Shown here: positions 12,579 to 24,543 of the stretch, piece by piece
Layout of the letters: each line of letters starts with the position of its first letter
Numbering within the stretch: the first letter of the stretch is position 1
Source: Mustelus asterias
Lineage: Eukaryota
Length of the DNA stretch: 64,000 nt
Direction: 5' to 3'
Assembly: GCF_964213995.1 (NCBI RefSeq)
Contig: NW_027590338.1
Location: forward strand, 310,001 to 374,000
Program-made: the position numbers and the translations under genes
The notes under the pieces: model-generated
The model's database searches: none
What the model was told of the DNA's origin: nothing
The model's input: only the letters and a program-made list of their open reading frames with translations

Positions 12579-13554
12579 CTGTTGGAACTTTCTCATTAAG
12601 GGTGCGAGAAGTCTGTGTGATTTAAGTTAATTGCTCAACATTACACGAATCTCGATGTTACATCAACTCAAATGCTTTCGGAAAATCAGAAACGCTGAAT
12701 TTTAGGACACAATGACACTAAATAAAAGTTTGTAATGTTTGTACACATATTCGCAACTAGTTCATTCCACAACAGAATTTAATGTGCTTATAGATGCAGA
12801 CAAATATATTTCTTCACCATCTGAAATGTACCTAATTGCGTGCTCATAAAGACAGGCACAAGTGAAACTGCAACTGAACTAGAGGAAATGGCGCACATTT
12901 CCCAGAAGCATTTTTTCAGAATTGTTCGACACGATAAAGAAACAGGAAAAGCCACTCAGACAGATCAGGAAATCGAAAATCAATGCGGACCTGCTGGACT
13001 TCCTCTTGATGAACGAGATTTCCGCGCCAGAATGTTTCACACACAGAATAAAGAGAGACCAAGTATAACAAACAGATCATTCATAAATCTCTTCCCTTGA
13101 AAAATATTTGATTTTGTTTTAAAGATGACTGTGGTCAAAATCATATAAGCACCATGGGATGTGCATTACCCAGTGACTCGATTTATTTTGTTGCACAGTC
13201 ATGTTTGCAGTTCAATGTTGTATATTTCAAAAATATTCAGTTGAGAGTGAACATCTGTATTCATATTAACTGTTGAACAACAACAAATACTGGATACAAC
13301 TGTTTGAAATTATTCTACCGAAGATGAGAATGATGCATTAATGATTGAGCAGAAATCATTGCACCCTTAGACATTTGCCGGACGAACGGTCTTTAATTAT
13401 GAAGTACAAGATAAGTTGAGATATCAAATTGAAAGTAACGGATGTGTTCTTGTATTAAGTGACATGGACTCTCAATCTAACCATGAGAACCTGCAGCGAC
13501 GCAGTGGAGTTGAACATTGTAGTCAGGCCAATTGGCGGTATTATGCGGTTACTT

Positions 13555-13627
13555 GATTCTGTTGTATTGTGGTTATCGCTTTCGTCTAACACGTGAAAGT
13601 TTCCCGGTGCGGAATCGGGCAGAAACG
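13555..13627 (+). pseudogene. tRNA-Val(AAC) pseudogene
   Basis: 73 nt; loop ct-AAC-ac; B-box mutated (ggtgcggaatc). Confidence 0.78.
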
Positions 13628-14780
13628 TTCATTAAACTTTCTCATGAAAGATGGGGGAAATCTGTATGATTTCAGTTCGTTACTAAACATTATCCGAACC
13701 AAGACATTACAGCCAAATCATCCCTGCACTGAACTCGACCTCAAATGATTTCTGTCAAATAAGAAATGCTGAATTTTTTGACGCACCGACTTGAAAAAGA
13801 AAGATACTATTTTGACGACGTGCACATATTGGTATCTCGTTTAGTGTACAACATAATTAAATGGGATTATAAATGCAGATTAATATAGTTAATCACCCCC
13901 TGAAACTTGTCTAATTGCAGTGTGTGTTCAAAAAGACAGACACAAGTGACACTGTAATTGAACTAGAGGAAATTGCGCACATTTCCTACGAGAATGTTTT
14001 TTAAAAATCGTTCTTTATAACAATAGGAAAAACAACCCGAACAGATGAGAAAATCGAGGCTCAGTGTGGATCAACTGGACTTTCCGGTAGATGGACGGAA
14101 TTTATGCGCCTGATTGTTTCACACCCATAATAAAAAAAGCTCAAGTATAACTAACAGATAACGCTTCAATCGCTTCCATTTAAAAATAGTTGACTTTGTT
14201 TAAATGCTGACGATGGTCGATGTCAAATAAGCACCATGGGATCTGTATTACCCGGTGACTCGATTCCTTTTGTTGGTCAGTTATGTTTGCAATTCAGTGA
14301 TATTCATTTTCAGAGATATTCAATTCATAATGAGGACATATGTGTTAAATATGTCCTCACTATGTGTTATTAGAAAGAAACATAGAAAAACTACAGCACA
14401 AACAGGCCCTTCGGCCCCACAAGTTCTGCCGAACGCATCCATACCTTCTAGGAACATATCTCTACCTTCTAATACCTTATTGATATCAAATATTGAATAA
14501 CGAAACAAATACTGAGTACAATAGATTGAGATTATTCGAAGGAAGATGAGAATGATGCATTAATGAATGGGCAGAAATCATTGCTCCCTTAGATATTTGA
14601 CAGACGACCGCTTTTACATTTTGAAGATCAAGATAAGTTGAGAAATCAGTTCGAAATTAACGGTTTTCCTCTTGAATTAAGTGACGTGGGCTCTCAGTCT
14701 AAACATTGGAACCTACAGCAACATAGCGCAGTTGAACATTGCAGACAGGCAGATTAGCTGTAACATGTCGCCAGCCATCT

Positions 14781-14853
14781 GTTTCTGTGGTGTAGTGGTC
14801 ATCACGTTCACCTCACGTGCAAAACGTCCCCGGTTCGAAACTGGGCAGGAACA
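14781..14853 (+). pseudogene. tRNA-Val(CAC) pseudogene, best-preserved promoter boxes
   Basis: gtttctgtggtgtagtggtcatcacgttcacctCACgtgcaaaacgtccccggttcgaaactgggcaggaaca. A and B boxes near intact; anticodon stem disrupted. Confidence 0.8.
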
Positions 14854-15472
14854 CTGTTGGATCTTTCTGAAAGCTTGTGCTACCAAATAAGCTAGTTGGA
14901 TTTTAACCTGGTGCTGTGAGACGTCTTTCTATGCCTAACCCAATCCAACACCGGCATCTCCACATCGTGGACCCTTGAGGGTGTGCAAAGTCTGCATGAT
15001 TTAAGTCAATTGCGCAACCTTATGCGAATCTCGATGTTACATTAACTCAAATGTTTTTAGGAAATTCAAAAATGCTGTATTTTAGGACATAATGGCAGGA
15101 AATAAATCTTTGTATTGTTTGTACACATATTCGCAACTCGTTCTGTCCACAACATAATATAATAGGTTTAGAGATGTATTGATATTAAATGTTGAATAAT
15201 GGCAAATATTGGATATACCTGCCTGAGGTTATTCGAAGGAAGATAAAAATGAAGCATGAATGATTGAGCAGAAATCATTGCTACCTCAGACATTTTCCGG
15301 ACGAACGCTTTTTACTTTTGAAGTACAAGGTAAGTTGAGGTATCGGGTTGAGAGTAATGGATGTGTTCTTTTTTAAGTGACATGGGTACTCAGTCGAACG
15401 ATGAGAACCTGCAGCAACACAGTGGAGTTGAACATTGTTGTCAGGCCAATTGGCGTCGCTATGCTATTACTT

Positions 15473-15545
15473 GTTTCTGCAGTGCAGTGGTTATCACGTT
15501 CGCCGAACACGCGAAAGGTCCCTGGGCCGAAAGCGGGCGTAAGCA
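15473..15545 (+). pseudogene. tRNA-Val(AAC) pseudogene
   Basis: Anticodon stem ttcgc/gcgaa intact, but U33->G and T-loop mutated (gggccgaaagc). Confidence 0.8.
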
Positions 15546-15852
15546 TTCATTAAGCTTTCTCATGTAAGGTGAGGGAAGTCTGCATGATTTCAGTTTGCTG
15601 CTGAACATTATCCGAATCTCGATGTTACCGTCATATTATTTTTGCTCTGACCTCGGCCTCAAAAGCCTCCTGTAAAATCAGAAATGCTGAATCAAAAGAA
15701 CCAGGAGGATGTAATGTGATTGGATGAGATTTATTTTCTTCGCCCATTTTCATATCGGCAAATAGTCACTTTCTGCAGAACGGTACCATGATGTTTTATA
15801 AGTGCAGTAAGAAGTTTAACAACACCAGGTTAAAGTTTTATAAGTGACCAGA

Positions 15853-15871
15853 GAGCGCCCTCCAGTGGCCA
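15853..15871 (-). promoter_or_regulatory. Candidate CTCF site
   Basis: Minus strand TGGCCACTGGAGGGCGCTC versus core consensus TGGCCACCAGGGGGCGCTA. Confidence 0.45.
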
Positions 15872-16369
15872 ATGCAACAGCATTGGAAACAGACGCAGAA
15901 CCAAGAGCCCAGATATATACACCCCGAGATATATCCAGTATACTTACAACACTGGACAAGAGGAAACATTCGCTCCACATCCACATTGTTAATACCCGTA
16001 GGGTTTTGAATGTTTCAGTCAAGTTGCCGGTTACTCTTCGAAACTCTCGCGGACACAGACCTACGATCACCATACTTTTATCATAAGATAACCCGCTCAC
16101 AGCTGGTAATAGTTTAGTAAAACTCCTCCGAACCTTTTCCACCGTATTAACATCTTTCTCAAGATAAGAACACAATATTAGAGATATGCCCAATGCCCTC
16201 GCCAAAGCCCAATTTTACGATCTATATGTGTGTCGTCAGCAGATTTAGCATCCATGTCTTCATTCCCTTCATCAGTGCAGAACTCATCCCACTTAATTGT
16301 TTTTGACAAATTCAGCCAGAATGCATTTGTTCAGGTCAAATCGTGCTGAATTAACGTGCTTGAGTTTTA

Positions 16370-17545
16370 TGCTGAGTAACAGAGATGGTTTTTGAGAGTA
16401 TTTCTCTTAATGGGCGTCCAAAGGTCATGTGATACGGTGCTGCACCACAGCTTTGTGAATAAATATGGAGCTCAGAGAATAAAATGAACAGGAACAACAG
16501 GGATGGGAAATTGGCTGAGTGCCAGGAAACAACTCGTAGCTGTTTTTCGGACTGGAACAAAGCTTGTAGTGAAGGTGCCAGGAGTAGGTTATATGACCGT
16601 TGATCTTCCTGGCATAGTAATGGCCGAGAGCTTGGTATGGAGGTCAGACTTTCAAAATCTGTGTATAATGCAAAACATGGAAACATTGCCAACCATCAGA
16701 AGACCGAGCAGAACTTCAGAACGAAAAAAAAACTAATTGGTGGAATTGTCGTGCAATTGGGAGATTTAATTTATTGCACGTAAATTTCATGATTAGTTTT
16801 GTTAAGCAGAATGTGAAGAGACAAGGGGAAATGATGAAAACGCTACGAAATTGGCGGTAAAACGCCGAGGGACCTGCGTGAATATGTGTATAAATCATTC
16901 TTGGTGGAAGACAGGTTGAGACACCGGAAAATAAAATAGTTAACAGTCTTTGTCCTTTGGGGAAAAGAATACCAAAGCAAGGAAGTTGTGCTAAGTTTGT
17001 AGAAAGCACTGGAAAATAGTCAACTGAAAAAATGCGTCCAATTCTGGGCAACAAACGTAAAGAGAAATGTAAAGCTAGATGCAGGGGAAAAATACGAGAT
17101 AAGTTCCAGAGATCAGAAACTTCAGTTACGAAAATATATTGGTGACGTTTGGACTGATTTCCTTGACAGGAAGTTGCTGGTGTGATTCTATTGAGGCCTT
17201 CAAAATCCTGAGGGGTTTTGACAGAGTAGACAGAGAGGATCTGTTCAATGTTAGAAGGATCTTGTATCAGAGGGCGCGGGTTGAAGTTAATTGGCGAAAG
17301 AAGCATGGAGACATAAAGAAAAACATTTTCGGACAGTGAGTGATTCAGATCTGGAATGTGCTGCTTGAGAATGTGGTGCAGGCAGCGCCAATTAATGGTT
17401 TCAAGATCATTCAAGATTGGATTATTGTCTGAAAATGAACAAAATTCGAGACTGTGGGGTAGAGAGTGCCATTGGATGAATTGCTCGTTTAGAGGACCAA
17501 TACATACATGACGCTTCAAAATGGCCTTCTTCTCTGCTGTAAGTA
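16370..17545 (+). mobile_element. Highly degenerate CR1 LINE
   Basis: Decayed RT 3' motifs (gaggccttcaaaatcctgaggggttttgacagagtagacag) and CR1 3' end. Confidence 0.7.
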
Positions 17546-18071
17546 CTCCATCAATATGGAAGGGGGGGGGGGCGGGTACAGTGACATTGCGGTAACGTCA
17601 CTGGGAGAGTAATTCTGAGGGGAGGCAATTTTCTCAAGGTATATATTCAAATCCAATTACAGCAGAAAGTGGGGTTTGAAAATGCAATTACAATTTTGAA
17701 TTTAAAGCTAGTTTCCGTAATTGTGGCCATGAAAAGAAATATATCAGATTCTCTAATGTCCTGCAGAAAAGGAAACCATCCATGATTTCCCAGGTTGGAC
17801 GACAGGTGACTCCAGGCCCACACGTATTTGGCGCTTACCTATCTTCTGTGACGGTCTAGCAAACCAATAAATGCAGAGTATTAGCGATTGCCAGCATATG
17901 CTGACCTTGCCAGCTGGGTATACAACACATGAAAGAATAAGAAACGGCAAAGGTGGTCCAGCAGATCGCAGTGAAACCGTGAGTTTTGGCACAACGGGAA
18001 GCAGAGATCGCCTCAGTTATTGCTGCAATAAACTCAGTTTTTTTCCATCCTAAATTAAACCCAGTTTATAA

Positions 18072-19665
18072 ACAAAGAACAAAGAACAATACAGCACAGG
18101 AACAGGCCCTTCGGCCCTCCAAGCCCACGCCGCTCCCTGGTCCAAACTAGACCATTCTTTTGTATCCCTCCATTCCCACTCCGTTCATGTGGCTATCTAG
18201 ATAAGTCTAAAACGTTCCCAGTGTGTCCGCCTCCGCCACCTTGCCCGGCAGCGCATTCCAGGCCCCCACCACCCTCTGTGTAAAATACGTCCTTCTGATG
18301 TCCGTGTTAAACACCCCCTCCCCCCACCTTGAACCTATGACCCCTCGTGAACGTCACCACAGACCTGGGAAAAAGCTTCCTACCATTCACCCTATCTATG
18401 CCTTTCATAATTTTATACACCTCTATTAGGTCACCCCTCATCCTCCGTCTTTCCAGTGAGAGGTGGCAGATGGAATTTAATCCGGATAAATGCGAAGTGA
18501 TGCATTTTGGAAGAAATAATGTAGGGAGGAGTTATGCAATAAACGGCAGAGTCATCAGGAGTATAGAAACACAGAGGGACCTAGGTGTGCAAGTCCACGA
18601 ATCCTTGAAGGTGGCAACACAGGTGGAGAAGGTGGTGAAGAAGGCATATGGTATGCTTGCCTTTATAGGACGGGGTATAGAGTATAAAAGCTGGAGTCTG
18701 ATGATGCAGCTGTATAGAACGCTGGTTAGGCCGCATTTGGAGTACTGCGTCCAGTTCTGGTCGCCGCACTACCAGAAGGATGTAGAGGCATTGGAGAGAG
18801 TGCAGAGAAGGTTTACCAGGATGTTGCCTGGTATGGAGGGTCTTAGCTATGAGGAGAGATTGGGTAGACTGGGGTTGTTCTCCTTGGAAAGACGGAGAAT
18901 GAAGGGAGATCTAATAGAGGTATACAAGATTATGAAGGGTATAGATAGGGTGAACAGTGGGAAGCTTTTTCCCAGGTCGGAGGTGACGATCACGAGGGGT
19001 CACGGGCTCAAGCTGAGAGGGGCGAAGTATAACTCAGACATCAGAGGGACGTTTTTTACACAGAGGGTGGTGGGGGCCTGGAATGCGCTGCCAAGTAGGG
19101 TGGTGGAGGCAGGCACGCTGACATCGTTTAAGACTTACCTGGATAGTCACATGAGCAGGCTGGGAATGGAGGGATACAAACGATTGGTCTAGTTGGACCA
19201 AGGAGCGGCACAGGCTTGGAGGGCCGAAGGGCCTGTTTCCTGTGCTGTACTGTTCTTTGTTCTTTGTTTGTAGAACAACCCCAGTTTACCAAATCTCTCC
19301 TCATAACTAAGCCCCTCCATACCAGGCAGCATCCTGGTAAACCTCCTCTGCACTCTCTCCAAAGCCTCCACGTCCTTCTGGTAGTGTGGCGACCAGAACT
19401 GGGTGCAGTATTCCAAATGCGGCCGAACCAACGTTCTGTACAACCGCATCATCAGACCCCAACTTTTATACTCTATGCCCCGTCTTATAAAGGCAAGCAT
19501 GCCATATGCCTTCTTCACTACCTTCTCCACCTGTGCCGTCACCTTCAAGGATCTGTGGACTTGCACAGCTAGGTCCCTCTGCGTATCTACACCCTTTATG
19601 GTTCTGCCATTTATCGCATAGCTCCCCCCTACGTGAGTTCTACTAAAATGCATCACTTCGCATTG
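18072..19665 (-). mobile_element. CR1 LINE (minus), interrupted at 18460/19272 by a related CR1
   Basis: Tail (acaaaga)n at 18072. The host sequence ...ttccagtgag|aacaaccccag... resumes after the insert; ORF 19189-19701. Confidence 0.9.
18461..19270 (+). mobile_element. Nested 5'-truncated CR1 LINE (plus)
   Basis: Open RT C-terminus (WQMEFNPDKCEVMHFG...RPHLEYCVQFWSPH) ending 19192, with its own (TTCTTTG)n tail. Confidence 0.9.
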
Positions 19666-20133
19666 ATATGACACAAAATCATATTTCTGATTATATGACA
19701 ATGATTCTCAGTTGATTCTGTACTCAGCAAAATCCCAGTTGTTTCTATATTCGCCAAGCCTCATTTGATACTACAGCGCACATTCTGGCAGTTATGGCAG
19801 CATAGAATTAATTCTCGGCTCATGTCATGATACTCCATATCTCTGTTGTTACTTCACTAGTCCCTCTCTCTCCTGATACTGCTCCAGAACATGTTACTGT
19901 TTGCATTACACGAGGCTCTGTATCAGTTAATACATTGCTGGAATCTGCCACCTATAAAGAAACATCGACAACACCTCAATCACCGCTGCACCAGTACACC
20001 GCCCTGTTTATACCGAATAATATCCTGTCTCTCATCATTGTTCTATTTCATGATTCGTTTATTGCTGCAATTGCCCCTCTCAAAGCTTATCAAGCCTTGG
20101 TTTGATATTACTGCATCGGCTTTGTCTCAGTTT

Positions 20134-21269
20134 ATAAGAACATAAGAAATAGGAGCAGGAGTAGGCCATCTAGCCCCTCGAGCCTGCCCCGCCATTCAAT
20201 AAGATCATGGCTGATCTGACGTGGATCAGTACCACTTACCCGCCTGATCCCCATAACCCTTAATTCCCTTACCGATCAGGAATCCATCCATCCGCGCTTT
20301 AAACATATTCAGCGAGGTAGCCTCCACCACCTCAGTGGGCAGAGAATTCCAGAGATTCACCACCCTCTGGGAGAAGAAGTTCCTCCTCAACTCTGTCTTA
20401 AACCGACCCCCCTTTATTTTCAGGCTGTGTCCTCTAGTTTTAACTTCCTTACTAAGTGGAAAGAATCTCTCCGCCTCCACCCTATCCAGCCCCCGCATTA
20501 TCTTATAAGTCTCCATAAGATCCCCCCTCATCCTTCTAAACTCCAACGAGTACAAACCCAATCTCCTCAGCCTCTCCTCATAATCCAAACCCCTCATCTC
20601 CGGTATCAACCTGGTGAACCTTCTCTGCACTCCCTCCAATGCCAATATATCCTTCCTCCTATAAGGGGACCAATACTGCACACAGTATTCCAGCTGCGGC
20701 CTCACCAATGCCCTGTACAGGTGCATCAAGACATCCCTGCTTTTATATTCTATCCCCCTCGCAATATAGGCCAACATCCCATTTGCCTTCTTGATCACCT
20801 GTTGTACCTGCAGACTGGGCTTTTGCGTCTCATGCACAAGGACCCCCAGGTCCCTTTGCACGGTAGCATGTTTTAATTTGTTTCCATTGAGATAGTAATC
20901 CCATTTGTTATTATTTCCTCCAAAGTGTATAACCTCGCATTTCTCAACGTTATACTCCATTTGCCATATCCTCGCCCACTCACTCAGCCTGTCCAAATCT
21001 CTCTGCAGATCTTCTCCGTCCTCCACACGATTCACTTTTCCACTTATCTTTGTGTCGTCTGCAAACTTCGTTACCCTACACTCCGTCCCCTCCTCCAGAT
21101 CATCTATATAAATGGTAAACAGCTGCGGCCCGAGTACCGATCCCTGCGGCACGCCACTAGTTACCTTCCTCCAACCGGAAAAACACCCATTTATTCCGAC
21201 TCTTTGCTTCCTGTCGGATAGCCAGTCCCCAATCCACTTTAACACACTACCCCCAACTCCGTGTGCCCT
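20134..21269 (-). mobile_element. Young 5'-truncated CR1 LINE with uninterrupted RT fragment
   Basis: 339-aa ORF 20226-21245 (SGVPQGSVLGP, KFADDTK); taagaaca tail. Confidence 0.95.
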
Positions 21270-24200
21270 ATGTTATACAATGCCCAGAATTCGTCAAAAT
21301 TGCACTAGGCCCGGTGACAGTTTTATTGCACTAGATGCTCTCTCCTATATTACTGTGCCAAACAATACCGCTGTTCATTTTACATGTTATCCTTTCTCAA
21401 TTATTGCTTTACTCTGCATTGCCTCACTTTTTATTCCACTCGGCCACACGAGATCGTGTCCTTATATTCTGATAGTGCCGATGTGAGTTTGCATTACGCT
21501 AGAATCTGTCTCAGTTTAAATTACAGTGCACATTGTCTCTGCTTATATTAGAATAGACCTTGTCTTTGTTAAAACTGCGGATTGCATGTCTCTGTTTACA
21601 TGAGAAAACACCACGCTGGTTAGTAATACGCTGTACCCGCTTTCAGTAATGACTGAACTGGGCGCCTGCTGTATTCATATTAGTGCAGGTGCTGTATGAA
21701 TAATTGGTGCACTCGAGCCCTGTCTCTGTATTACTGCACAAAACCTGTCCCTCGTTTATATTACAACAGATTGTATTCGATGGATTGGCCATGCAAAATT
21801 GCCCGTTATTTTTCGTAGGGTATGCGGATTAGCCATGGTAAATGTGCGGGGCGAACGGGGATAGGGCAGAGGGAAGGGCCTGGGTAAGATGCAGAATCGG
21901 TGGGCCAGATGGCCTTTTTCTGAACTGTAGGTATTCTGTTGATCTATGTCTAAGGAATATCATCTTAGGTCCTTGCTTAGACATTTGAGTGCTTATTTAT
22001 TTTAAATATTGTATTTTTTAATAACCGCCTTTGGAGAAATGATTCCTTTTAGCAATTTCCCTTCAGATTTCCCAGTGATAACCTTCACTCCATCTCTGCC
22101 TTCCATAGTGTATGAGAACACCAAACAGTTCTTGTATTTCAACTGAAGAACATTTAATATGTAACTATTTATTGACAACCATTCTGTTGTGTGTTCTCGT
22201 ATACAAAATGACTTCAGTCTGACTATTTTGTTCCCAGCATTGACTTTTCTGCCTTTAGAGATCTGTTGGAAAATGGATAAATCACATCTCGAATGACGAG
22301 ATTACTGGAAATTGGTCTTCTTAGCATCTCACTGAAATTCCTGATATAAGACTCAATTGTGCGCTGATTTGTGAAAATGATGGTGAAAATGACCCTGGAC
22401 ATATAGCCGACAGGAAATGATTACACCTGTAATTCTCAGACTTCTTATTCCTATCGATGCAAAGGACTAAAACATCTGCTGCTGTCCAGAGAAGTTTCAA
22501 TATTTCTGTTCAACCGATAACTTCACCAGTTCGATGGTAACCATCCTAAATATTTTCGACTGTCTGTAGGTTGTACAATCTAGGTAATAAGGTGAATTAT
22601 GTTCAGGTGTATCATGAGAGTGACCAGACCTTGTGTGATATAAACAGAAATACGATCTGGTGAACATGGACCGCAGCGGTTCAAGGTGGAAGATCATCAC
22701 CACTTTGTCAAGGGCAATTAGAGAAGGGCAACAGATACCAGTGATGCCCACATCCCATCAATGATTAAAAATTATACACTAACAACAGACACATAATCTA
22801 ATCTAATATAGACAGATATGCTAGTGCAATGATAACATAAACTGGCTGGGAGAGTCATGTGAACCAATGTATGCGGTATATAGAATAAGAGAGACAGGAC
22901 ATGATATAAGATTTAAATAAACATTTTTTGTGCGTGTGATCATTTTGGAAAAAGTAAATTGTCCAATAATAACCGGTAGGCATCAAATAAAACAAAACCA
23001 GATTCAGGTTCTAATTCACAACTGATTGGGTAACGGTTTCAAAAAAATAACGATAGAGAATTAGAACATTATAATTTGAATGGCCGGTTAGTGTATCACT
23101 AACAGAGACAGCTGGGCCCGGAGTCAGGTTGGGACCTGATATAAGGAAGCAATCATTTCTAGGGCCTAAGCGCAGGTTTCTTTTTGATGACGAGTGATGC
23201 AGGGATTTGTGTGGTAAGCATGGATTGGAAACACAATGACAACCTCGGGAGTGACTGACTCCATCTGACTAAGAGCTGGTATTCCCAAGAGGGGATAATC
23301 ATGGCGGACTCCATGAATTTCTGTTATCTGAGGTAACAATGGTGAATCTGTCAGAGGAACAGAAAATAATCTGTTCCTTCTCATTCTTACAAACTGTTCC
23401 ACATTTATGGACAGAATTAGGACATGTGATGACTGAAAATACGAAATATGAAAACCTCATCGGAGGAAAAAGAACAGTGCAATAAATGGTAATGGCAAAT
23501 GTGTTTTTCATAAACAAGTTCGATCCAATGCTAATTTGTTCAAAGTGATGGCTTGTAGATAGAATTGCATTTCGGAATGGTTCCAGGCAATTATTCACAC
23601 ACACACACACACACACACAAGTGCTGTCAAAAGATAAGATTAGCACAAGATGACAGCTGTAAAAACATTGCATTTTATTCAGTCTCAATGAAGGACAGGG
23701 AGAGACACAAAAAGCATACTTGGACAATGATTAAAATGAACCATTAAAATGGTCCCATTCTCGAAAATCCTTCAAATTTTAACCCCATGAAGGATATATC
23801 TAATTTATTTTCCAAAGTTACTGTGAAATCTGATTCGATCACCCTTTCAAGCTGTTCATTCCAGTTCATAACAACTCTTGTGTAAAAGTAAACAATTATA
23901 TTTCTGTCTCCCTGCTCAATAAAATAAATTTGTGCCCATTGGTTGCTGACCGTCCTCCCAGTTGAAAGATTCTCTCTTTAATTAACCCACTCACAACTTC
24001 ATGATTATGAACATTAATGAAAGTGTTCAAAAGACTGGCAAGGAGATAGAGAGAGAGACGCCGGGAGAATTAGGAGAAAGGAAAACGGGGTGCTGACAGA
24101 TAAAAGCTGAGGAACAAAAAATAAATAGCAGATGGAGAGAAAATGATCAAACAATGAAAGATAACAACTATCATTTCCTTCCTTCACGGAACCCGGGAGA

Positions 24201-24344
24201 GCTCAGTGACTGATCCATTGACCATCCAGTTATGTCCCCGAATGGAAACTCTGAACAGATCACAACAGACTCATTTGTACATTTCCCCACAATGTGATCT
24301 GTCTGACTCTGCCTGATTCTATGGACAGATATAGGCCGCACTGA

Positions 24345-24543
24345 CAGATGTTCTCACTAGATTGTGGTCCCTGGATTTATTTTCTGCTCAGAAGTGAGAT
24401 GTGCGGTTTGGAACCGGCAGCAAGAAACAGGAAGTTGTGTTACCTGAGAATGAAACAACCAGGGCCAGTTTGATGTTATCACCGTGAACAGTCTTCCTGT
24501 CTGTGAGGGTGAACTCACTCAGAAAGCATCAAGAACAACCACA
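24345..24543. promoter_or_regulatory. Candidate lymphoid enhancer (E-box/RUNX/ETS/IRF cluster)
   Basis: CAGATG 24345, TGTGGT 24363, TGCGGT 24402, GAAACAGGAAGT 24424, GAATGAAAC 24448, CTTCCTGT 24493, AACCACA 24537. Confidence 0.4.

Larger units (their letters stand above)
12290..15695 (+). repeat. Decayed tandem array, four units of ~0.45-1.2 kb, each carrying a tRNA-Val copy (ABAB pattern)
   Basis: Unit start motif aatgatgcattaatgattNagcagaaatcattgc at ~12290, 13328, 14550 and 15248. Units 1/3 and 2/4 are most alike. Confidence 0.88.

Noticed and set aside
22000-23400. Exon-like open stretches with good acceptors on the minus strand (~22260 and ~23350)
   Set aside because: No recognisable protein similarity or matching donors; cannot be supported without transcript data.
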